32,000 nt of DNA. Source: Candidatus Saccharimonadota bacterium (GTDB lineage Bacteria; Patescibacteriota; Saccharimonadia; Saccharimonadales; UBA4665). The stretch spans positions 630,001 through 662,000 of the forward strand of contig CP025011.1 of the NCBI GenBank assembly GCA_002952755.1, given 5' to 3'. Both the position numbers and the translations under genes were made by a program. Under the pieces are notes generated by a model. It did not search any database and had not been told where the DNA came from. It saw only the letters and a program-made list of their open reading frames with translations. Shown piece by piece: positions 17,265 to 24,353 of the stretch (position 1 is the stretch's first letter; every line of letters begins with the position of its first letter).

Positions 17265-17832
17265 ATTCCTTCTTCTTTTGGGCAATTATATCTTTCATTC
17301 GTTGCTTGGCTACTGGGTCGTTGTCGGCCTCTTCCATGAGTTTGCGGTACTTTTCTTCCTGATTTGGATGGATTACCATTGTTGGCATTTGCGGGTTACC
17401 GAATTTATCAAAGGCGATACTAATCTTACTGATGGTGTCTAGGAATAAATCTATGGATAGTGGCTTGCCGCCCGCATCAACTACGTTGCCCGTCTCCTTT
17501 GTGGTTTCGTCCAGAACTTGGTAATTGATCCGCGCTTGTTGGCCACCAAATTCCTTAGCTTTCTTTGCAACCAGTTTCAAAACGTCCTCTGGCTTCATTT
17601 TTATTACATCTTCGTATTTGAGTGCGTATTCAACCCTAGCCTCTTTGTAGTCGGTTTCTTTTCGCTTGTTGGTATCATCTTGTGTGTTATGAACTAATCG
17701 TCGGCCTTCATGCTGAGTAAAGCGACGAACATCTTTGAACGGCCCCAACTCCTCGCGAGCCTGAGTCTCGAAATAATTAAGAACCATTTTCTCGAGGCTG
17801 CTTTTGAGTTCGGGATATTTTGGAAGAGCCAT
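17227..17832 (-). CDS. Hypothetical protein (201 aa, charged, no recognisable motif)
   Basis: A long ORF with a GAGGG Shine-Dalgarno about 7 nt upstream. Co-directional with the Mrr-like gene and overlapping it. Lys/Glu-rich C-terminus (AQKKKEYDAEQASRKLVD). Confidence 0.6.
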   Translation of the reverse strand: MALPKYPELKSSLEKMVLNYFETQAREELGPFKDVRRFTQHEGRRLVHNTQDDTNKRKETDYKEARVEYALKYEDVIKMKPEDVLKLVAKKAKEFGGQQARINYQVLDETTKETGNVVDAGGKPLSIDLFLDTISKISIAFDKFGNPQMPTMVIHPNQEEKYRKLMEEADNDPVAKQRMKDIIAQKKKEYDAEQASRKLVD

Positions 17833-17894
17833 GCTAAGCCCTCACGCTATTTAACGACATATTAATGGCCATAGCGTATCTGGCGCGCGGGGTG

Positions 17895-18125
17895 TTACCG
17901 CACACCCTCAAACAACTCTTTAATCTCAACGCTAAGAGCTTGGGCGAGCTTCCGCAAGGTAGAAAGGCGCACAAACTTCGTGCCACCCTCAATAAATGCA
18001 ATAGTCGTAACGTGCGAATCAATCTTCGCCGCTAATTGTTCTTGTGTCAGGCCGCGTTTGCGGCGCAGCTCAGAAACGCGCTTACCGAACAAGCGCATCA
18101 GAGCCTTTTCTTGTGTATCAGCCAT
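17895..18125 (-). CDS. XRE-family helix-turn-helix transcriptional regulator
   Basis: The track ORF 17895-18131 starts at TTG, with an ATG at 18125 (MADTQ...). HTH: LRRKRGLTQEQLAAKIDSHVTTIAFIEGGTKFVRLSTLRKLAQAL. Confidence 0.85.
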   Translation of the reverse strand: MADTQEKALMRLFGKRVSELRRKRGLTQEQLAAKIDSHVTTIAFIEGGTKFVRLSTLRKLAQALSVEIKELFEGVR

Positions 18126-18160
18126 ACTCAAAGGATAGAGAGGCTAGACTTTTAGTTGAA

Positions 18161-18205
18161 TAGACTTTAAGTCTATGCTAAGTTGCTACATAGACTTAAA
18201 GTCTA
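18161..18205. promoter_or_regulatory. Two perfect 15-bp palindromic operators in divergent XRE/radC promoter
   Basis: TAGACTT-T-AAGTCTA (18161-18175) and TAGACTT-A-AAGTCTA (18191-18205) lie 30 bp centre to centre. A degenerate third copy, TAGACTTTTAGTTGA, starts at 18145. Confidence 0.6.
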
Positions 18206-18212
18206 TAAGTAT

Positions 18213-18662
18213 ATGGGGCAAGAACAAGTCAAGAAACTACTGACGACAGCCGACATTCTGCCGCTTTTACATGACATCGCCAGCCACCGGCAAGAGCACT
18301 TCATAGTGCTGTCGGTAGATACTGGACGAAAGCTCATCACGAAGCGGATTGTTTTTATTGGCACTATTGACTCAGTTATTGCTCATCCGCGTGAAGTATA
18401 TGCCGGAGCAATTGCTGATTTAGCTGCCGGCATAGTGGTAGCGCACAATCATCCATCGGGTGACCCAACTCCTAGCAAGCAAGACATCACCACTACGCAG
18501 CAACTTATAGCAGCCGGACAGATATTGGGAGTGAGACTATACGACCATGTAATTGTGGCAGGTAAGAGGCACTACAGCTTTTCAGCGAATGGGATGATGT
18601 TGACGGAGGCGTTTGAAGTGCAAGGGTCTTCTGGCGCGGAATTTGGCAAACTCATGCCTTAA
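18213..18662 (+). CDS. radC: RadC-like JAB/MPN domain protein
   Basis: JAMM motif VAHNHPSGDPTPSKQDITTT...LYDHVIV. The track ORF starts at TTG 18183; an ATG at 18213 (MGQEQV...) is more plausible. Confidence 0.85.
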   Translation: MGQEQVKKLLTTADILPLLHDIASHRQEHFIVLSVDTGRKLITKRIVFIGTIDSVIAHPREVYAGAIADLAAGIVVAHNHPSGDPTPSKQDITTTQQLIAAGQILGVRLYDHVIVAGKRHYSFSANGMMLTEAFEVQGSSGAEFGKLMP

Positions 18663-18767
18663 TGCTAATATTGCAAATATGATAGGCATGATCAAAGCAT
18701 AAACTCGCCGCACTGGGACACCAGGTTTATTTTTTGATGATTTCTATTCTCTAAACTTTTAGCAAAA

Positions 18768-18807
18768 AGCCGAGCACCTATGCGGTATGTCCATCGCTCG
18801 GCTTTTT
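18768..18807. terminator. Bidirectional-looking hairpin terminator
   Basis: AGCCGAGC (18768-18775) pairs with GCTCGGCT (18796-18803). It is preceded by AAAAA and followed by TTTTT. The loop is 20 nt. Confidence 0.5.
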
Positions 18808-18832
18808 GTTATTTGAAAGGTACTATACGTTT

Positions 18833-19588
18833 ATGGTTAAAACACAATTTCCCGAAATGAATTTGTTAATTGATAAGTTACACAATTCAATCAAAATCAC
18901 ACTCGGTGATAAACTCCGTGGCCTCTATTTGTTTGGCTCGCTTGTAGGTGGTGACTTTGACCCAAAAACTAGCGACATTGACCTGCTGGCTATTGTGGAG
19001 AGTGATATTAGTGAGGATGATCTGCGAAGTCTCAAGGTCATGCACCAAAACTTTGTCCGTGAGTATCCCGAATGGCGTGATCGAATAGAAGTTGCTTATG
19101 TCGGAGTCGAGGCTATGAGAAAGTTCAAGACAGACACCGTGACCATCGCACGCATTAGCCCTGGCGAGCCATTGCACTATCGGGACATGAATATTCAGTG
19201 GCTCATGGACTGGTATATGGTGCAGGAACAGGGGTTAGCCATAGAGGGGCCGTCTCCTAAAGTGTTGATTCCCGTCATTACTAAAGATGAATTTGTAGCC
19301 TCTCTTAAAGGTGAATATCCTTCTTGGCTGGAGCGGGCAAAAGAAGCACGTCGGGTCGGCTACCAGTCGTATGTCGTTTTGTCTCTGTGCCGCAGCCTAT
19401 ATGCAATTCGTTTTGGGCAGCAGGTTTCGAAGTTTAAAGGTGCATCTTGGGCGGCGACTGAATACCCACAATGGGCTCACCTTATTCAGCAAGCGACAGA
19501 ATGGCACGGATCATCGGACAACACAGACAGTCTCGATACCCAAGCCGAGACGGCACGCTTTGCTGAGTTTATGCTCGATCAGGCATAA
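18833..19588 (+). CDS. Nucleotidyltransferase, ANT(3'')/AadA-like architecture (NTP_transf_2 + DUF4111-like C-terminal domain)
   Basis: NTase motif LYLFGSLVGGDFDPKTSDIDLLAIV (GS...DxD). At ~251 aa, its length and layout parallel AadA-type aminoglycoside adenylyltransferases (LYGSAVDGGLKPHSDIDLLVTV). The substrate is not inferable. The track start 18806 is TTG; the ATG is at 18833. Confidence 0.7.
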   Translation: MVKTQFPEMNLLIDKLHNSIKITLGDKLRGLYLFGSLVGGDFDPKTSDIDLLAIVESDISEDDLRSLKVMHQNFVREYPEWRDRIEVAYVGVEAMRKFKTDTVTIARISPGEPLHYRDMNIQWLMDWYMVQEQGLAIEGPSPKVLIPVITKDEFVASLKGEYPSWLERAKEARRVGYQSYVVLSLCRSLYAIRFGQQVSKFKGASWAATEYPQWAHLIQQATEWHGSSDNTDSLDTQAETARFAEFMLDQA

Positions 19589-19697
19589 CGCTATTTTATT
19601 TTCTCTGTAGCCCCAGAGATGGTATTATGGCCACCAGATAGACAACGGCGTGGCAAGGTGGTGTTGTACGCTTTCTGAGATTCTGGAGTAACCGTAC

Positions 19698-22385
19698 ATG
19701 CCCCATTGGCTCGACATCTTACTGAATGGCCCAGCTCGCTACACCGAGGCGCATAATTTAAGCCCGCTATGGACGCTGGCGGTGGTGATTGGTGCGCTGC
19801 TGGTTGAGTTTGGCGCGGCGTTCCTCTTGATTCGCCTTGTTATCTTTTTATTCGAGCACGCGCAATCGTTTTTCGCGTGGGTGCTGCGCAAGTTTGGCGT
19901 GGGCAGGCGCGAGATATCCTCCACATTTTTGCAGCTCACATTTCCGGCCGACACAACAAAATCTGCTTACGCTACGGAGCAATTGCACATTCTGATGCGC
20001 AATCTCGTAAAGCACTTTGGCTTTTGGGATCGCATGGCGGGTCATCGGCGGCCGTATTCGTTAGAGCTGGTGGCGACCAAAGAAAAAGGCATCTGCTACG
20101 TTATCCGCGTGCCGGAGCATGAAGCGACGATAGTACGGCGCACGCTTTTGTCGTTTTTGCCTGGCCTGAAGGTGGCCGAGATTGACGATTACACATCGGA
20201 GTTGGCTGGTACCGCAGTCGGCGTTGTTGAGCTTAAATTGGGCGGCGACTACCTGCTGCCGCTGGGCGTTAATAAAGCGTTGGATGAACACGACCCTATC
20301 GCATACCTCACTGGCCATATGCGCAGCCTCGCGCCGGGCGAGCTGGTTGCTTACCAAATTGTGGCTTTGCCGGTTTACGACTATACGCACCCAAACGAAC
20401 TACGCCGGATGCGGGATATCCGCCACCGCATTGCACTTAACAAAGAGCTTTCGCCGAAGTTGATGACCACTCGCCTCGATGTTCCGGCGCTCGTACTCAA
20501 GTTGCTTATCGCTCCCGTCTGGGCGCTCGGCATGGGGCTCAAGATATTCGGCGGCATCCTCGACGCCATTATGCATAACGATATACCCGACGAATGGAAG
20601 AGCAGCACTGACAAGCGGCGAGCTGGTGACCCATATGAGCAGGAGCTGGGCATGACCATCAAGGAAAAGCTCGACCAACATCTGTTTGAAGTATCTATTC
20701 GGGTGCTGGTGGCTGTGCCGGGTGGTGAAGGCGTCAGCAGCCGTTTGAGTTCAATCGTGTCGTCGTTTGAGACGTTTAGTAGTCCGCGTCAGTCCATACG
20801 GATGCGCCGTGACATTCCGTTCTTTGCGCCGGGCGACAAGCATTTGCCCCGGTTCCGCGAGCGGGTGCTGTCGCCGCACGTTATTAGCCACCCGACGATT
20901 CTTTCGGCTTCGGAACTAGCCGACCTGTATCACTTCCCGAATACTGACCTCACCAAGACGGAAGGCCTAGTTAAAAGCCGCAGCCGCGACTTGCCAACGC
21001 CATTATCTTTGAAGGGCGACAACGCGAAGTTCGACGTTGTAGTGGGGGCTAACGAGTTTGGCGGTGAGGTGCAAGAAATTGGCATAAGCCTGGAGCAGCG
21101 CCAAAAGCATACTTACATTATCGGGAAGACCGGCACGGGCAAGACGACGTTGCTCAAGAGCTCCATCTACCAGGATATGCTCAATGGCAAAGGATTGGCT
21201 GTATTCGACCCGCATGGCGATATGTTCCGCGAACTGTTGCAGATTGTGCCGGAGCACCGCCGTAAAGATGTGATTGTATTTGATCCATCCGATCGCGAGC
21301 ATCCCGTCGGCCTCAATATCCTCGACCCGGGCATTGAGTTTGACGATGAAGACGATAAGCATGAATGGATTACGAGCACGGTGCTGTCCGTGTTTGCGAA
21401 GTTGGCCGACGAAAACCAGTGGGGGCCGCGCATGGAGCATATTTTGCGCAATACCACGCTGACCGCACTACAAACTCCGAACCCTAGCCTCTATACCTTG
21501 CAACGGTTGCTGACTGACAAGAAATATCAAAAAGAGGTTGCGAAGAAGCTCAAAGACCCAGCGCTCAAGCAGTTCTGGGATAAGGAATTTAAGATGATGG
21601 GCAGTATGCAGATGTCTAACGCCACCGCACCGCTGACGCATCGTTTAGGGCACTTCATTACGGCTAAAATGTCGCGGCACATTTTGCTGCAAGAAAAGAG
21701 TACCGTGCGGATTGCCGATGTTATGAACGAAGGCAAGATTTTGCTCGTTAACCTATCTAAAGGCGACATCGGCGAAGATCAGAGCTTTTTCTTCGGAACA
21801 ATTCTTACGTCGTTTATCTGGATGGCGGCATACCAGCGTACTAAAATACCAGAAAAGAAACGCCGGGATTTCTTCGTGTACGTGGACGAGTTCCAGAACT
21901 TTGCTACGCCGCAGTTTGGCGATATCACTAGCGAGGGCCGGAAGTTCCATGTTTCGCTGATCGTCTCACACCAAAACATTGCCCAGATTGAAGACAAAAA
22001 CCTGGTGAAGATAGTGGCGGGCAACGCGCATACGATGATTTGCCTGAAAGCCAACCCGGAAGACGAAGCATTCATCTTGCCATACATGAAGCCGGAGGTT
22101 GAGAAGGGGGACATCGTGAATCTCGCGCCGTATCACTTCTATATGAAGATGACCGGTGATGAAAGCGAGGATGCCTTTTCAGGCCAGACAGTGCCGCTGG
22201 ATGTCGAGGAGTCGGAGAAGGTTGCTAAGACGGTTCTAGCGAATAGCCGGAAGCAATACGCAACGCCGAAGGCTGAGGTTGAGAAGCAGATGGAAAAGCT
22301 GTTTGGCGACAGCGTATCCGATAAGAGGCCAACAGCCAAAGCTGAACCAAAGTCGAAGATGATATCCAGGGTACATGGGCTTTAG
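19698..22385 (+). CDS. VirD4/TraD-like (type IV coupling protein-like, FtsK/HerA-class) membrane ATPase with long N-terminal extension
   Basis: 895-aa ORF. Hydrophobic helices lie near the N-terminus (LWTLAVVIGALLVEFGAAFLLIRLVIFLF) and at ~aa 270 (LIAPVWALGMGLKIFGGIL). Walker A is IIGKTGTGKTTLL and Walker B is FFVYVDEFQNF, followed by GRKFHVSLIVSHQNIAQ. Confidence 0.75.
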   Translation: MPHWLDILLNGPARYTEAHNLSPLWTLAVVIGALLVEFGAAFLLIRLVIFLFEHAQSFFAWVLRKFGVGRREISSTFLQLTFPADTTKSAYATEQLHILMRNLVKHFGFWDRMAGHRRPYSLELVATKEKGICYVIRVPEHEATIVRRTLLSFLPGLKVAEIDDYTSELAGTAVGVVELKLGGDYLLPLGVNKALDEHDPIAYLTGHMRSLAPGELVAYQIVALPVYDYTHPNELRRMRDIRHRIALNKELSPKLMTTRLDVPALVLKLLIAPVWALGMGLKIFGGILDAIMHNDIPDEWKSSTDKRRAGDPYEQELGMTIKEKLDQHLFEVSIRVLVAVPGGEGVSSRLSSIVSSFETFSSPRQSIRMRRDIPFFAPGDKHLPRFRERVLSPHVISHPTILSASELADLYHFPNTDLTKTEGLVKSRSRDLPTPLSLKGDNAKFDVVVGANEFGGEVQEIGISLEQRQKHTYIIGKTGTGKTTLLKSSIYQDMLNGKGLAVFDPHGDMFRELLQIVPEHRRKDVIVFDPSDREHPVGLNILDPGIEFDDEDDKHEWITSTVLSVFAKLADENQWGPRMEHILRNTTLTALQTPNPSLYTLQRLLTDKKYQKEVAKKLKDPALKQFWDKEFKMMGSMQMSNATAPLTHRLGHFITAKMSRHILLQEKSTVRIADVMNEGKILLVNLSKGDIGEDQSFFFGTILTSFIWMAAYQRTKIPEKKRRDFFVYVDEFQNFATPQFGDITSEGRKFHVSLIVSHQNIAQIEDKNLVKIVAGNAHTMICLKANPEDEAFILPYMKPEVEKGDIVNLAPYHFYMKMTGDESEDAFSGQTVPLDVEESEKVAKTVLANSRKQYATPKAEVEKQMEKLFGDSVSDKRPTAKAEPKSKMISRVHGL

Positions 22386-22392
22386 GCTCTTG

Positions 22393-23109
22393 CTACACCT
22401 CCGGCTGAAACTTATTCCGACTCCAATGCCACAGCACGGGGTGAACTTGCGAAGGATTGATGCCGCTCCCCTTGAGGAGTTCTTGCCAGGCTAGCTCGGT
22501 CTGCAAGGATGTTGCGCCGGGTGGCGTAACGCCAAGATAAACGCTACTTTGCAAAACATGCGTGTCAGGTATGATCGAAATCTCCTGTGGGTTCTTAAAC
22601 TGCACATCTGTAAAGCGCGACAAGATGAACGGCCAATAGTTGGAGAGTTTCGGGCCGGAAAGATACGGAAAGCGTTTGCGGTGCGTTTTCTGCAACAGCG
22701 TAATAAGCTGACCCGCGTCGCTCTCGGCCTCTATGATGATATTTCGTGGATCACCTTCGTAATATTCATGCAGTGTCTGTGCTATCGTCGTCCAAATTAA
22801 TGTATGCTTGTTGGGTTGCAGGGCTAATTTATGCCTTACGAGATCAGCTCGAATTTGCTCAATCGGCATTTCGGCTAAGTGTTCGGGGAAGAAGACGTAG
22901 CGTGTCGTTTCATCCTCCCAAGTTGCTAACGCCGCAGCCCACATCGCAGGCGAACTACGTTGGAAATTAATGCAAACGGGCAATGTAAAATACAAGTAGT
23001 TTTCGCGACTACCAAGTGGCAAGCCCGGATTAATCTCATGTTGTGCGAGCGTCGGAATTAAACCCTGCTCATACAGCGTAAGTAAGCGTTTAACTTTATC
23101 TAATTGCAT
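22393..23109 (-). CDS. HhH-GPD-like DNA glycosylase candidate
   Basis: 238-aa ORF. FPYLSGPKLSNYWPFILSRF...EISIIPDTHVLQSSVYLGV parallels the endonuclease III-type HhH, Gly/Pro loop and catalytic Asp (LPGVGRKTANVVL......VDTHIFRV). Match by eye only. Confidence 0.45.
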   Translation of the reverse strand: MQLDKVKRLLTLYEQGLIPTLAQHEINPGLPLGSRENYLYFTLPVCINFQRSSPAMWAAALATWEDETTRYVFFPEHLAEMPIEQIRADLVRHKLALQPNKHTLIWTTIAQTLHEYYEGDPRNIIIEAESDAGQLITLLQKTHRKRFPYLSGPKLSNYWPFILSRFTDVQFKNPQEISIIPDTHVLQSSVYLGVTPPGATSLQTELAWQELLKGSGINPSQVHPVLWHWSRNKFQPEV

Positions 23110-23121
23110 ACCTGCTGCACC

Positions 23122-23745
23122 TTACTCATGTGACTCCCCGGCAGGTTCTTTATGTCGTAGATACGCCTGATAATCTGTGTCGTTGTCGATAGCTTGCTTC
23201 AGAGCGCTGCGTATTACTTTGGTCCGGCTATTGTTTTTGACAAACTGAGCCCAGTCTAGGTAGCGGCGCTCCCGCCCACTCAGCACCAGATGAAAGCGAT
23301 TCTTCTCAGGCTTATCTTCGTAGGTGTTAATAAACGTTTGAAGAATGTCCTCTAAATTTTCTTTGCCGTACTCGGCTACCTGCAGTAGATCGGACTCGAT
23401 GCCATGTATAAACATCTGGTTAAAGTGGCGGTGCTTCTTGCCTTGCCACAAGACCAATGTAGGCTTGCGTAGTTGTAGTGCCAATGTAATCTGATGGCCG
23501 GTACTGAAGTTGGACACAGTGTCCTCTATGATTACCAGCTCTGCTTCACGGATTGCCTCAACGCAGGCTTTATAGATCGATTTGATATTGAGCTCTTTGT
23601 TGCCGGTATGCATATACCGCTCGGTTTCATCTAGCCAGTCGCGAGTAAGGATGTGGCCGTTGTTTACCAGATAGTCGCGAATGGCGTGATAGTCTGCGCC
23701 GTACTTGGCGAGTTCGGCAGTCGAGCAGGAAAAGTAGACCTTCAT
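23122..23745 (-). CDS. Nucleoside 2-deoxyribosyltransferase/DNPH1-like domain fused to a C-terminal ribbon-helix-helix-like segment
   Basis: The N-terminal ~145 aa align by eye with DNPH1/Rcl. MKVYFSCS...ADYHAIRDYLVNNGHILTRDW parallels VYFCGSIRGG..ALYARIVSRLRRYGKVLTEHV, and EAELVIIEDTVSNFSTGHQITLALQLRKPTLVLW parallels QADVVVAEVTQPSLGVGYELGRAVALGKPILCLF. The C-terminus RFHLVLSGRERRYLDWAQ...SRTKVIRSALKQAI looks like a CopG/RHH strand plus helices. Confidence 0.45.
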   Translation of the reverse strand: MKVYFSCSTAELAKYGADYHAIRDYLVNNGHILTRDWLDETERYMHTGNKELNIKSIYKACVEAIREAELVIIEDTVSNFSTGHQITLALQLRKPTLVLWQGKKHRHFNQMFIHGIESDLLQVAEYGKENLEDILQTFINTYEDKPEKNRFHLVLSGRERRYLDWAQFVKNNSRTKVIRSALKQAIDNDTDYQAYLRHKEPAGESHE

Positions 23746-23780
23746 ATGGTTTCAGGATACGGTATGTGTCTTTTATGTGC

Positions 23781-23806
23781 AAGGTGTGCATATGCAGGCA
23801 CACCTT
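23781..23806. promoter_or_regulatory. 9-bp inverted repeat in divergent NDT-like/Nudix promoter (candidate operator)
   Basis: AAGGTGTGC (23781-23789) - atatgcag - GCACACCTT (23798-23806), located 20 nt upstream of the Nudix ATG. Confidence 0.45.
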
Positions 23807-23825
23807 CCTACCGTAGTATGTCCCC

Positions 23826-24353
23826 ATGAGTGAATTACAGGATTACTTATCTACCAACCCACCTCTACTGGAAATGGTAGTTGGTTATTTAGTGAAGGAT
23901 AGTGAGGTGCTGCTTGGGGTGCGTACTCGAGTATCTGACGGCCTAGGACACCTGATAGTTTCTGGCATTGGCGGCCGCTTGGAAGAAGGTGAAAGCGCCG
24001 AAGATGCGCTAGTGCGAGAAGTTTTAGAGGAGATTGAAGTACAAGTTACCGACTACCAGAAAGTGGGCCATGTCGTATGCCTCTCACCCCACCACCCTTC
24101 GTGGAACTTAAGAGTTACTTATTATCTGGTAACTGATTTTGAGGGTGAGCCAAAAAAGACGGAAGATATTGATCCTAATTGGTATCCAAAGGATGCATTA
24201 CCCCTGCGTGATATGTGGCCCGATAATCGAATAACCGTTCCGCTGGTTGTAAGCGGCAAACACATAGCAGGTAGCTTTTTATACGGTGCCGACGGCCAGA
24301 TCGTGGAACATGACCTACGAGAGTTGGCCCCCAACGAGCCCATTCCAGCTTAG
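23826..24353 (+). CDS. NUDIX hydrolase
   Basis: Nudix box GRLEEGESAEDALVREVLEEIEV fits Gx5Ex7REUxEExGU, except for E in place of the final G. Confidence 0.85.
   Translation: MSELQDYLSTNPPLLEMVVGYLVKDSEVLLGVRTRVSDGLGHLIVSGIGGRLEEGESAEDALVREVLEEIEVQVTDYQKVGHVVCLSPHHPSWNLRVTYYLVTDFEGEPKKTEDIDPNWYPKDALPLRDMWPDNRITVPLVVSGKHIAGSFLYGADGQIVEHDLRELAPNEPIPA

Noticed and set aside
17834-18022. 62-aa minus-strand ORF overlapping the XRE gene
   Set aside because: It is an out-of-frame overlap with a clear HTH-encoding ORF, and its composition is Leu/Arg-rich shadow-frame.
18145-18205. Repeated palindromes here and at 28796-28838, considered as a mini CRISPR-like array
   Set aside because: There are only two or three copies of 15-18 bp, spaced 15-30 bp apart, inside divergent promoters, with no cas genes. 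They behave like operators, not like CRISPR repeats.
19739-22339. Numerous 60-145-aa ORFs on both strands inside the T4CP-like gene (for example 20061-20390 and 21003-21440)
   Set aside because: All are nested in an 895-aa ORF with Walker A/B motifs. They are typical shadow frames of a moderately GC-rich gene.
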